Source of the DNA: Lytechinus pictus
Taxonomy: Eukaryota
Assembly: GCF_037042905.1 (NCBI RefSeq)
Contig: NC_087246.1
Span: 34,844,001 to 34,908,000 of the forward strand
DNA: 64,000 nt
Reading direction: 5' to 3'
Shown here: positions 51,001 through 59,700 of the stretch, piece after piece
Position numbering within the stretch: the first letter of the stretch is position 1
Layout of the letters: every line of letters begins with the position of its first letter
Position numbers and translations under genes: made by a program
Notes under the pieces: model-generated
What the model saw: the letters and a program-made list of their open reading frames with translations, nothing else
Database searches by the model: none
What the model was told of the DNA's origin: nothing

Positions 51001-54000
51001 AAGTCCTATCAGAGGGAATCTTACCCCTGCTGCATCTGTTGTAGAGTCTGTTGAAGGTACATAAAACCTCATCTCCATGAGCGAGACCTCTGCATCGTCG
51101 TTTTGGTGGAATTCGAGGATGACTTCATTCTTCGCTGTCGTTGCGTGGCAGACATTACCAAGAGGAAGCTGGAAGGCTGATTTCTTTTCAACGTGAAAGT
51201 CAAGCTCGGAACCTGTCAAATAAAAGAATGAAAGGTATGTTGTTTTCATTTTCAACTGAGCAATTTCAGAGGCAATAGGATCGGGGGGGGGGGGGGGAAG
51301 GGAATGTGTTTCAATATGTGTGTACTCTAGAAGTTTTAACAGTTGAATTGCTGTCGTATAACTATAAGACACCATTAAAAAGAATGAGCCATGTTTAGCT
51401 GATGCTTTGGTGGGGAATCCCGCCTGGTATCTTTTGTCTTCCAAACTTCCAATCCTGACAAACATTTAGGAAAGTTGCAGTGAAATCCTGCATTCAACAC
51501 AGATGTGGTCAAAGCATTTAATAAGGTACCTTTAAAACCACATTGTGATGTAAGAAAACGGAACTTAAAATCAAGTAGCGTACCTTCAAATCTGGCTGTT
51601 CCCCAGTTCCATCCTTTCAATGATAGTTCTTTGTCTTGAAGTTCCACGTTGTAATGCCTCTGAAGAAAATCGGCTACTTTCTCCCGATCCTAAGATGATT
51701 AATTGAAAAAAAAAATTATCATCAGTACACTGTTACCTACATGTATTAAAAACTAAATTCTATCATGATAATAATCATCTAACCCTATTTCATATGGCGG
51801 TTTTTCAGACCTAGTGTTTAGAGAATCTGTTTTACTCCCCCCCCCCCCCTTCAGATCTCAGCCACAATAACGGTCTGATCAACGCAAAATCCTGCATAGA
51901 CCAAAGGGCATGTGCAAAGGGTGATGTCAAAAAGTTCTTTCCATCAAAAAAATTGTTTTGTACTATTTTTATCAAATTATTCAAATCAGATTTACCACAA
52001 ATTTCCTGGTCTAACCCCCCCCCCCAGGTGGTTTAGGGTTAATATAGCATTTCTTTGTTACAATTCAGACATTGATACCAATTATTTGAACATGTTGGAC
52101 CACATTTAACTACAACACCTTCCCAATGGTACACAATTTTCTGCAATATAATCTAAAACAAGAGAATTTTAAGACAACTAGCACAAAATCAAAACCAACT
52201 CACTGATTCTTTGAAGCCATCATATTTGAAGATCGATCCTGATTTGAGATAGAGCTTGAGCTCAAGACCCCTGGCGACCCGGATCCAGTTCGTCCTTTCC
52301 AGGTCACCCGATTGAATCTGATCAACCTTGCCTGTCTTGTTGTTCTTGAATGTCACGCCTTGTTCGCTCAACCTCAGACGGCCGCTATTCTATCATGTGT
52401 GTGAGAACAGAAGGAGGAATATCATAAAACGTAGAGAAACAGGCCGTTTCAGAAAGCTGGTGATCCTTTCTTGTGTTGTGGTAAATAATATTTGTTATCA
52501 AAATCAAATGTTCATTGGCGATTATTGAGCGCGTAAGGAAGGTTCATCAGTCATTCTTAAAGTCGCTATCAAACAGCTTTATGAAACACCCACCTGTGAG
52601 GGGGTACATGTATATCATTCCAACACTTTTCATCACAAACGTGATTGGCTGGCGCATTTGTATGCTCACGCTGCAAAAGAAACGAAGACGATCGATCGTT
52701 CGTTGGAACCGTACACCGGCACTTTGGAATTTAATTTTTCAATCTTAAATCACATATTTCAAGAAACTGGTAAGCTGATTGCGCGATTTGCGTGGTGTCG
52801 CCAAGCGGAAGACAAAGAAATCAAGATGGCGACGCGTAAACACTGTCACTGCTGTAAGCTCTTCCCATCTTTTCATAACATTTTTCTCATTTTTTAAATG
52901 AATTCTTCTTTAAAAACGAAATCGATATCGCAGAAATGTTGGAAATGAAGTTGAACCCCATGTAGGCCTACATGTTTTAGGGCTAGATCTTTTAGAGGGA
53001 AAGTAGAAATCTCGGGGGCGAAAGTTTCAGGTTTTGTGGCCGTACGTGCGTGAATATACCTTGACTCTTGACGTCCCAGGCGTCAGCGGGGAGTAAGCTA
53101 GACAGCTGGCAGCCGTCTGTTTCGAGGAGTTTTTAAACATTTTTTTATTTTTTTTATTTCTCCTCGTACACAGACGGCTCGCTAGCGTGCAGCCACCATT
53201 AGGGGACTTGCAATGCAAAATCCCCCCGTCGGGGCTCTTCAATTTTGTCTTTAATGAATAAAATTTTTGAAAATTAACGCGACCAAAATGCAAATTAATA
53301 TTCCCTCTTGGCATTAATTGCCAAAAAACAGAGAAAAATCAAGTTAAAAGGAACAACAAGTGGAATGCCTCTGGCCGTCTCACCTGCATCACGCGATTCA
53401 ATATAGCAGCAGTGCTGATTTTGAAAACTACTATAACTCGCACAAGATGTTCAGTGATACTTGGTTACTCTTATTTCCACGTTTTATGAACTAGACCAAT
53501 ACACTTATAGAGATATGATGGCAATTCAACAAATACCCCCAACGTGGCCAAAGTTCTTTGACCTTACATGACCTTTGACCTTGATCATGTGACCTGAAAC
53601 TCGCACAGGATGTTCAGTGATACTTGATTACTATTATGTCCAAGTTTTATGAACTAGACCAACACACTTTCAAATTTATGGCTGTAATTCAACAAATACC
53701 CCAATTTGGCCAAAGTTCATTGACCCTAAATGACCTTTGACCTTGATCATGTGACCTGAAACTTGCACAGGATGTTCAGTAGTACTTGATTACTATCATG
53801 TCCAAGTTTCATGAATCAGATCCATAAACTTTCAAAGTTATGATGGTAATTCAACAGATACCCCCAATTCGGCCAAAGTTCATTGACCCTAAATGACCTT
53901 TGACCTTGGTCATGTGATGTGAAACTCATGCAGGATGTTCAGTGATACTTGATTAACCTTATGTATAAGTTTCATGAACTAGGTCCATATATTTTCTATA

Positions 54001-54246
54001 AGTTACGATGACATTTCAAAAACTTAACCTTAGGTTAAGATTTTGATGTTGATTCCCCCAACATGGTCTAAGTTCATTGACCCTAAATGACCTTTGACCT
54101 TGGTCATGTGACATGAAACTCAGCCAGGATGTTCAGTAATACTTGATTAACCTTATGGCCAAGTTTCATGAACTAGGTCCATATACTTTCTAAGTTATGC
54201 TGTCATTTCAAAAACTTAACCTCAGGTTAAGATTTGGTGTTGACGC

Positions 54247-54277
<31 letters not shown>

Positions 54278-55845
54278 GGAAAAGCGGCGCCTATAGTCTC
54301 ACTCTGCTATGCAGGTGAGACAAAAACAGTGACTTACCTCGGCTGTCGCGCAAATTCACTTCCCCGTTTTATCCGCTCTTAAGTACATAAACATATGGCC
54401 AGTGAGTCCCCTGTACAGATCGCGCTAGAACTTCGGTCTCTGTATTTGGTGAGTGAAGCCAACGGAGTTCAGCTGAACGACCAACATAACAGAGACTGAA
54501 GCTTTTGGTCTAGGAGTAAGCCTACGTAGAGTAGATGACTTTTTAAAGTTTTACTCCCCAGACGCCTCCAGGCTACCCGTGCCTGAGCTATGCGAGCCAA
54601 AATTGCCAGTCCAGTGCCTGTTTGCCCAGTCAGACTGCAGGTCCCAAGAAAGTGGCTTCTTTCATCCAAGTGATATTCATGACTTGAGATGTTTTGAATA
54701 TTTAATGAGCTTGATGCGGACCAAAACACCTCTTTTCATTCGGTCATTGCTGCTCTAATTGTGCATCGAATTTCATGAATTTGGTACCATTGTAAAGAAG
54801 AAGAATCATTCTTTCAGGTCATGTGTTTGGATTTATTCAAAAATTTTGTAATATAGGTTAAAATTTTGATCTAAAATATGCTACAAAATAAATATTTTTA
54901 CCCGACAAAAGCTGCTATTTTCACACTCTATTTTTGTTTGAGCCCAAATGATTTTTATATCATGATAAAGCTGAATATGTATGCTTTGAAATAATAGAGG
55001 TTTCAAAATAAGAATTGGTTTAATCGGGTCAAGATCACACTTTTCATTTGCCAAGTACATAAAGCAGTTTGAAAACAAGAATACTACACTCTGATTGGTC
55101 AAAGAGACCACATAATGGCAAATTCCAACGGTCCCAGTGCCTGGGTTCGTGGGAAGGTCACACTTCCCATGTGGTAATCTCCTCAAATACCCCGCGCCTG
55201 TTGTTCTGTGAACCTTATCCAGCCAATCAGAACTCTGGATTTCATGCAAGTACAAAATTTCAGAAATCTCGTCTTGTACCTTGGTGGGAAAAGTGTGATC
55301 TTGACCCGATTAAAAGGTGCCGCATATCAAGAGTGGCATTGTGAGAAAGTACAGAAGTTCAGCTTTATGGTGATATAGATATCATTGAGGCTCAAAATAA
55401 AAAGTTTTGCACAATTTGCAAAAGAAAACAGAGGAAGAAAATTCAGTTTTGAGGCACATTTTCAGGCCAGAAATTTACTTATTTAACAAAATATTGTATA
55501 CAAAATAAATGACCAATATGAAAGAGTAACTTTTACTCTATCTGATGGTGCAATAATATTTCATTTAACTTGAGGTTAAAACAGGTAAATTCTTAGAGAA
55601 AGAAAATCTCACGAATCACGAGATTTTGCAAGGAGGAGGATTCAGCCACGAGATGATTTGGATGAATCTGGCCTTTTTGCTCATTAGCATAGGGACCTGC
55701 GGTCTGACTGCCCGACTGTTTGTTAACTTGGTCTTGGAGAAAAATTCATGACAAAAGATTATTTGCAAAATGAGAGAATGGAACGGGAACTCACCATAGC
55801 ACCCTTTACTTCCTGTGAAACATCAGGAAAATCCAACGTTTCCAT
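14957..55845 (-). CDS. SSRP1: SSRP1 (FACT complex subunit, HMG-box histone chaperone); 16 coding exons, 738 aa
   Basis: Hand-spliced exons give diagnostic SSRP1/Pob3 motifs in the expected order: [108 protein letters not shown] (HMG box), [13 protein letters not shown]. All junctions are GT-AG with matching phases and the exons sum to 2217 nt. Confidence 0.96.
15332..15807. mobile_element. TA-flanked MITE (copy A)
   Basis: TIR GGTGGTTTCAGACCGCCTCGA / TCGAGGCGGTTTGAAACCACC; inverted second copy at 26525. Confidence 0.9.
15815..16297. repeat. N-runs (15824-16037, 16050-16291) within an (ATC)n microsatellite
   Basis: Flanks and the island between the runs read CATCATCATC. Confidence 0.7.
18636..19125. 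mobile_element. Degenerate MITE with TTTCACAC/GTGTGAAA sub-repeats
   Basis: TTTTCACAATGCA ... TGCAGTGTGAAAA ends and repeated internal TAGC/GCTA motifs; boundaries approximate. Confidence 0.5.
19613..19873 (+). mobile_element. tRNA-derived SINE with (ATT)n tail
   Basis: A box TGGTCTAGTAG, B box GGTTCGAATCC, family body, (ATT)n 3' tail. Confidence 0.9.
19873..20033. mobile_element. ~160-bp hairpin MITE (copy A, left end clipped at SINE tail)
   Basis: GTCACATT...CGGCGGCCGTATGGCGAGTCGAAAACAGCC is mirrored at 19978-20025; homologue at 33251. Confidence 0.8.
20690..20830 (-). mobile_element. Degenerate tRNA-headed SINE, second family
   Basis: Minus strand reads GTGTAGTGGTTCAGT...GGTTTGAATC...GTCCTTTGCCAAGACACTAATCTGCATTTGCTACTCTCCACCCAGGTGT. 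Confidence 0.55.
22485..22943. mobile_element. MITE with poly-G/poly-C termini
   Basis: G-run+GGGCACTCA at the left, TGAGTGC+C-run at the right, internal GGGGTC sub-repeats. Confidence 0.7.
23066..23821. mobile_element. PIF/Harbinger deletion derivative, TSD TAT
   Basis: TIR GACCCCTGTTACACAT / ATGTGTAACAGGGGTC; GC-rich GAGGCCGG sub-terminal repeats; internal Arg-rich ORF remnant on the minus strand. Confidence 0.85.
26525..26991. mobile_element. TA-flanked MITE (copy B, opposite orientation)
   Basis: Reverse complement of 15332-15807 along nearly its whole length. Confidence 0.9.
27578..28181. mobile_element. TTAA-target MITE (Kolobok-like)
   Basis: TTAA|AGGACAAGTCCACC ... GGTGGACTTGACCT|TTAA; long imperfect inverted arms. 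Confidence 0.88.
28262..28635. mobile_element. MITE with poly-G/poly-C termini
   Basis: GGGGGGCCAGTCA..ATTGCTGTACACATGCGTGA mirrored by TCACGCATATGTACAGCAAT..TGACTGCCCCCC. Confidence 0.75.
29615..29777. repeat. N-run (29641-29777) following (ATT)n/(AGT)n
   Basis: Left flank ATTATTAGTAGTA. Confidence 0.6.
30606..31018. repeat. 141-bp tandem repeat, ~3 copies
   Basis: GGGTCAA anchor at 30730, 30871 and 31012; shared TTCAAGAAAGGGAACTCTAACA and GTGACATTAAAGCCAGC. Confidence 0.9.
31203..31592. mobile_element. Palindromic MITE, 8-bp TSD (copy B)
   Basis: Same family as 1037-1421; TSD GTTCTATA on both sides. Confidence 0.9.
32570..32851 (+). mobile_element. tRNA-derived SINE
   Basis: A/B boxes, body shared with the 19613 copy, (ATT/ATC)n tail. 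Confidence 0.9.
33251..33411. mobile_element. ~160-bp hairpin MITE (copy B)
   Basis: TACCTTGGTCACATTTG ... CAAATGTGACCAAGGTA, with ~65-bp arms. Confidence 0.85.
35186..36179. mobile_element. hAT-like fold-back: two inverted copies around a ~270-bp spacer
   Basis: Outer ends CAGGGCTCCACACTAAC / GTTAGTGTGGAGCCCTA; 35430-35615 is the reverse complement of 35890-36080. Confidence 0.75.
37391..37821. mobile_element. hAT-like MITE with 8-bp TSD and internal ~70-bp tandem repeat (x4)
   Basis: CATTAGCGTACCTA ... TAGGTACGCCACTG, TSD GTCTGTTG; unit TTGCTTGTCAATTTTTTTCTGGTGCGAAATGTCCTTTACTTGCGGTTGAAGAAC+T-run. Confidence 0.88.
39168..39452. mobile_element. Probable TA-flanked MITE
   Basis: TACCCGTTTCAGTAGCT..TGGTC versus GACCAAAGTTACTAAAAACGGTA imperfect TIR. 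Confidence 0.5.
39781..40032. repeat. N-run (39842-40029) within an (ATC)n-type microsatellite just after the SSRP1 exon 15 donor
   Basis: Flanks ATCATCATCATCTGCATCG and ATC. Confidence 0.7.
40039..40189 (-). CDS. SSRP1: SSRP1 coding exon 15 (SGKKSKSS...[18 protein letters not shown])
   Basis: CAG acceptor, GTATGG donor, 151 nt, phase 2/0; conserved (F/Y)KSKE(F/Y)xS motif. Confidence 0.9.
40482..40893. mobile_element. hAT-like MITE
   Basis: CAGGGTTCTACATAA ... TTATGTAGCACCCTG, repeated sub-terminal ACTTGCCC, degenerate CATA.. TSD. Confidence 0.75.
41240..41768. mobile_element. Cluster of small MITEs, including one (41503-41663) nested in a same-family copy (41363-41768)
   Basis: GGGGAGCGTTTCAT / ATGAAACGCTCCCC inner TIR; GGGGAAGCATTTCATGAAAG / CTTCATGAAACACACCCC outer TIR; GGGCCC-ended element at 41240-41362. 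Confidence 0.7.
41815..42110 (-). CDS. SSRP1: SSRP1 coding exon 14 (HMG box)
   Basis: [22 protein letters not shown]...KKAGELW...[12 protein letters not shown] acceptor, GTGAGT donor, 296 nt, phase 0/2. Confidence 0.96.
42841..43018 (-). CDS. SSRP1: SSRP1 coding exon 13 ([10 protein letters not shown]...KKRTKTS)
   Basis: CAG acceptor, GTAAGC donor, 178 nt, phase 2/0; acidic-to-basic linker. Confidence 0.93.
43592..43637 (-). CDS. SSRP1: SSRP1 coding exon 12, 46 nt ([15 protein letters not shown])
   Basis: TTTTCAG acceptor, GTAAGT donor. Phase 1/2 bridges exons 11 and 13, and it matches the conserved DxxFNP...DVAEE motif. Confidence 0.92.
44027..44162 (-). CDS. SSRP1: SSRP1 coding exon 11 (DTVNYDDIG...[12 protein letters not shown]...DSSS)
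   Basis: CAG acceptor, GTAAGG donor, 136 nt, phase 0/1. Confidence 0.94.
44629..44701 (-). CDS. SSRP1: SSRP1 coding exon 10 ([24 protein letters not shown])
   Basis: CAG acceptor, GTAAGT donor, 73 nt, phase 2/0. Confidence 0.93.
44985..45355. repeat. Degenerate ~25-30 bp tandem repeat abutting the SSRP1 exon 9 donor
   Basis: Recurrent AACTATCCAAACTCACTTTTCAAA variants. Confidence 0.65.
45360..45578 (-). CDS. SSRP1: SSRP1 coding exon 9 ([12 protein letters not shown]...LYPLERGF...FSSIE)
   Basis: CAG acceptor, GTGAGT donor, 219 nt, phase 2/2. Confidence 0.96.
46155..46283 (-). CDS. SSRP1: SSRP1 coding exon 8 ([11 protein letters not shown]...KITVPGNFK)
   Basis: CAG acceptor, GTAAGT donor, 129 nt, phase 2/2. 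Confidence 0.95.
46761..47300. repeat. N-run (46853-47242) within a degenerate (CAT/CAC)n microsatellite
   Basis: Both flanks are ATC/ACC triplet-periodic. Confidence 0.75.
47335..47438 (-). CDS. SSRP1: SSRP1 coding exon 7 ([19 protein letters not shown]...LNLT)
   Basis: TAG acceptor, GTAAGT donor, 104 nt, phase 0/2. Confidence 0.95.
47492..47905. mobile_element. PIF/Harbinger-type MITE (copy B)
   Basis: TIR AGGCGACCACACACCTTACGACTG / CAGTCGTAAGGTGTGTGGTGGCCT, TSD TAA. Confidence 0.88.
48444..49027. mobile_element. TTAA-target MITE (Kolobok-like)
   Basis: TTAA|AGGAGAATGAAAC ... GTTTCATTCTCCT|TTAA; ~180-bp imperfect inverted arms. Confidence 0.88.
49335..49470 (-). CDS. SSRP1: SSRP1 coding exon 6 ([11 protein letters not shown]...RQMFFV)
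   Basis: CAG acceptor, GTAAGT donor, 136 nt, phase 2/0. Confidence 0.96.
50116..50210 (-). CDS. SSRP1: SSRP1 coding exon 5 ([31 protein letters not shown])
   Basis: CAG acceptor, GTAATG donor, 95 nt, phase 0/2. Confidence 0.95.
51025..51212 (-). CDS. SSRP1: SSRP1 coding exon 4 (SELDFHVE...EFHQNDD...MRFYVP...DAAG)
   Basis: CAG acceptor, GTAAGA donor, 188 nt, phase 1/0. Confidence 0.95.
51584..51689 (-). CDS. SSRP1: SSRP1 coding exon 3 (DREKVADF...[11 protein letters not shown])
   Basis: TAG acceptor, GTACGC donor, 106 nt, phase 0/1; KGWNWG motif. Confidence 0.95.
52204..52389 (-). CDS. SSRP1: SSRP1 coding exon 2 (NSGRLRL...YDGFKES)
   Basis: TAG acceptor, GTGAGT donor, 186 nt, phase 0/0. 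Confidence 0.95.
52640..52859 (+). promoter_or_regulatory. Promoter-like CpG-rich stretch inside SSRP1 intron 1 with candidate plus-strand first coding exon (ATG 52826-52853, MATRKHCHC, phase 1)
   Basis: ATTGG (~52644), GCGGAAG ETS-like core (~52805), CAAGATGGCG YY1-type motif spanning the ATG, donor GTAAGC at 52854. No downstream exon identified. Confidence 0.4.
53099..54512. mobile_element. Non-autonomous DNA transposon with TAGAC...GTCTA termini and 9-bp TSD (AcademH- or MULE-like), interrupted by a Helentron-type insert
   Basis: GGAGTAAGC direct repeat at 53090-53098 and 54513-54521 directly flanks the 5-bp inverted ends. Confidence 0.6.
53355..54325 (-). mobile_element. Helentron-associated non-autonomous element (HINE/DINE-1-like) with internal 162-194 bp tandem repeats
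   Basis: Sub-terminal IR GTCTCACCTGCAT (53377-53389) / ATGCAGGTGAGAC (54309-54321), stem-loop 54296-54321, adjacent (GCC/GTC)n microsatellite, CTTGTT end, A/T-run insertion site. Confidence 0.75.
54627..55710. mobile_element. Non-autonomous CACTA/EnSpm-like element
   Basis: 19-bp TIR CAGTCAGACTGCAGGTCCC / GGGACCTGCGGTCTGACTG (one mismatch), 2-bp TSD CC, internal IR TAATCGGGTCAAGATCACACTTTTC (~55021 and ~55288). Confidence 0.8.
55795..55845 (-). CDS. SSRP1: SSRP1 coding exon 1 ([17 protein letters not shown])
   Basis: ATG at 55845-55843 in AAAC-ATG-G context, donor GTGAGT at 55794. Resembles the vertebrate N-terminus MAETLEFNDVYQEVKGSM. Not in the ORF track. Confidence 0.92.
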
Positions 55846-57189
55846 GTTTGGTAATAATGACAAATAGTCCTTCCAATAAAGATCAGACGATGATCATTGA
55901 CACCAAAAGTAAAAAACAATCTGGTAGAATCAGATTAACGTGTACTTGCTCTGGTATATACTGTCTAGTCTGTATTACTGATCACGCACACAATATAATT
56001 CGCATTATATTACCGTAAGGCCGTACGCGGTATATAGTACACAGCTCCTCGTCATAATATTTAAGGTTACCAAAAATTTTCTGTAGAATCTGATTTTTTG
56101 TGCTATTTCCCCTATTTTGAGGGTGCTGAACATGAATCTGCTTGTTGCCAAATTTATAAATGCCGTCTTCGACCGTTGCCATGGCAACGGATTAATTTCT
56201 CAAAAATAGCATGTATTTCCCTGTAAATGGTAGATAAACATGATATAAATTAGCCAATAGATTGAATTCAAGGTTCCAATTAAATACAAATGAAATTCAA
56301 AATATTTAAGATCATCAAATTGGTTCCAATTGGCCCGTTGCCATGGTAACGGCTCATTTTTCCTCCAGAAAAGTAAAAATTTTGATTTACAGAACTTTGT
56401 AGAATCTGTTTTTTGTTTCATTTTCCCTGCGTTTAGGGTGTTAAACATAAGAGTGGTTTTTGCTAAATGTATAAATACACTCTCATTCCATTGCCATGGC
56501 AACCAGATAATACCTTATTTGGTAACAATAGAAATAACATGGTAAAAAAAGACAATGGCGAGAAATACAATAAAAGCGACCTACATGTAATCTACATACG
56601 TTGGGTTTTTCCAACTCATTTACTAAAAAAACTACATAAGTCTTATGCATGAGTTTATTGGAATGATAGGAATTGATGTTGCCTTGACAATGCTTGAATT
56701 TAAAGATATATATCAATATTGCAAATTGGCCGTTGCCATGGTAACAGCTTATTTTTTCTCAGAAAAGTATACATTTGATAAAATATATTGTAGAATCTGA
56801 ATTTTCTTTCATTTCCCCTAATTATATGATGCTAGATCTATATGTGCTTGTTGCTAAATGTATAAATACAATCTTAGGCCATTGCCATGGCAACCAAATA
56901 ACTTGGGGGAGATAATGGTGGAAAATACTATGAAAATCACAATCTACATGCGTAAGGTTTGAACCATTAAATATTGAACAAAAAATACAGTAAGTGGTCT
57001 GCATGAGTTCATTAGCAAGAAAAGAATTGCTGTTGCCTTGGTAACACTTGCATTTAATATAAATATAAATATGAATGTTGCAAACCTCCCATTGCCATGG
57101 TAACATCTTATTTTTCTCAGAAAATTACAAAGTTGAAAAAAACTTCAAATTTTCCTTTCATTTCCCCTAATTTTAGGGCGCTCAACATA

Positions 57190-57840
57190 CAGTTGAGGCC
57201 AAAAGTTTACATACACCCATGGAATTCAGTGAAATTTGTTCGTTTGCCAAACATCCTAGAATTTACTATATCTTCAGAAATATAAATACTACCATGACGA
57301 ATTTGTTGTCACATGAAAGAGCATATCAAGCTCTTTCACATGATAAGGATGCCGATGGGATTAAAGTAGATTTCAGGTGAAAATTTTTTTAAAGAAAAAT
57401 AGTAATATTCGTATAAAATGTATTCTATTGTTATTATATTTTCAAACGTCGTTTCAGAGAAATATATAAATGTCACATCTATGATTTATATTACTTTTCC
57501 TATCATGATATGTCACCACTGAACAAAAAGTGTGATCTGAAATGTTTGTGTTGACAAGTACCGTAACTAGCACAAATATGAAATTTTTTTGTAAAGTTTT
57601 TATTTTTAAATCGTCTAAAATATGAAGATTTTTTAGGGAAAAATTACACCTAAATATTTTAAGCTCCTGATGACAAAGCAATGTGATGAAGGGGCATGAC
57701 ATACCGGTACTCATTTGTTTGATATCAAATGTGTCATGATAGCACAAATATTTTATAAGATACAGTAAGTTTAATGATGTTTGGCAATTGTCAACTTTTA
57801 AAAAAATTACTGGGTGTATGTAAACTTCTGTCCTCAACTG
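57190..57840. mobile_element. Non-autonomous Tc1-family element
   Basis: TA|CAGTTGAGGCCAAAAGTTTACATACACCCA ... TGGGTGTATGTAAACTTCTGTCCTCAACTG|TA. The TIR resembles Tc1/Sleeping Beauty ends, and the element interrupts a module of the fold-back left arm. Confidence 0.9.
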
Positions 57841-58894
57841 TACATATGCTTGTTAATGTAAAAATACTTTCTCGGGCCATTTTCAATTTAGAATTAAATC
57901 CAATCCACATAACATGTACTCAAATAAATTATCCAATTACACACATTTTAATGCTGGACAAGTTTTGAAGAAAAATGGTACTTATTCTGCATGAAATCCA
58001 GTATTGTAACTCCAAAATGACCGCAGATAGTCATTTTGAGTATAGTGATTTGTGCTTAAAAAGTGTTAAATGTAATACTAGGGGGGGCATACATTTGATG
58101 AATGAAAATTTTTAATCTGTCAGGAGGCGATGTGGTCTTGACCTCCTAATCTGAGATTATTGCCATAACCAAATTGGCAGGTGGTGTCCATTTTGAAAAA
58201 GTAAACTTAGAAATATTTTCATGATTTTGAAAATATATGGATCCATATTATGACATTTCAACAAAACATTGGGTAATCATTAAATATAATTAATCATATT
58301 GCACAAGTTTCATGTCATATGATCAAGGTCAGAGGTATTTCACGATCATCAAAATTTGACCATGTTGTATTATCATCATTGAATCTCATAAAGTTTCTGA
58401 AAAAACAAACCTTTGAGAGTGCGTATATAAATCTATTTCAAGAAAGTTGGACATAAAGGTATTCAACTATCACATCATTGTGCATGAGTTTCAGGTTAAA
58501 CTTATGGTCAATGAACTTTGACTGTATTGTGGTATCAACATCAAAAACTTTACTTAGATGTATTAATTTTCAAGATAATTAGATATCATGTCACTAGGTG
58601 AAGGTCAAGGGTCTTTTGAGGTTAAAAAAAACACCTTAGGATTCTATTATTAAATGAATGGGTTTTTCATGAAAGTCCCACATTGAGCCTACATTAAAAA
58701 TGGAAGAATTTTACCTCTGTTTCCTCAAAAGGTCAATTATATCTAATAGGAGGAGGCCAGGATTATGTCAATTTGCCAAATAAACTTTGGAGTTAAATTA
58801 TCTTGAACAGCTTTCTATTAAGATAAATACATACATTTTAACATTTATAGCACTTCTTCATGTAAACATGCTCAAAGCACTTTCCAATATAATT

Positions 58895-59160
58895 GTGGGG
58901 GGCATCGTGGTCTAGTGGTTAAGACTCTTTCTTTCAATCTGAGGGATATGGGTTCGATTCCCAGCCAGGGTGTGTTTTCCTTCAGTAAGAAATGTATCCA
59001 TATTGTGCTGCATTCAACCCAGGTGAGGTAAATGGGTACCTGCAGGATGTAAGTCCTTAAAAAGCTGTGAGCACCGGATGCGGTAATCTATCTTAACCGG
59101 GGTAATATAGGAACACTATTAATACAATTCCTATATTAGTTTATTTATAATTATAAAAAT
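58895..59160 (+). mobile_element. tRNA-derived SINE (same family as 19613 and 32570)
   Basis: A box TGGTCTAGTGG, B box GGTTCGATTCC, shared body TTTCCTTCAG..AAGAAA..TGTGCTGCA.TCAACCCAGGTGAGGT.AATGGGTACC. Confidence 0.85.
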
Positions 59161-59164
59161 GAAT

Positions 59165-59700
59165 AATTCTACTTTTCAAGTGCTTTCAATACATAAAGTG
59201 GGTGTTACAAATAAAATTCATAGGTTTGCAAGCTTTAAAAAAACAATTGTACAGAAGGACATGAACGGATTTTGAATATTGGGACCAGTGAAACTCATGC
59301 ACTGTTGACCTAAGTTGGGGGATAGAAAAGGGTCTGTAAACAAAAACCCAGCATGAAATGTATTGTGGTGTCAGGTTATCAATGGACAAGTAAACAAAGC
59401 AATTTTTTCTTTAATTCTGTTTTTGACCAGTAGCAAGTGAATCTCTTTGAACAAAGGAAACACATGATCATACTTTCTGGCCATTGAAATGGTACCGACT
59501 GCTCGATTCTGAATGTGCTGTAGTGACTATTATCTAGTCGGCTGAACACCAGTTCAAAGTATCCCCAAGTGGTTATAAATACAAAGTAAAAATTAAAGGT
59601 CCCAGTACAAAACCCTGAGGAACGCCATATTGCAACCCATGACCCTTTTTTTCTTAATGACTACCAACTGCAATTCGTTTTAAAGGCAAGGTCAGTATGT
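59165..59700 (-). mobile_element. Highly decayed L2/CR1-type LINE fragment
   Basis: Minus-strand translation LQYGVPQGFVLGPLIFTLYL*PLGD around 59560-59640 matches the RT motif GVPQGSVLGP. Confidence 0.65.
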
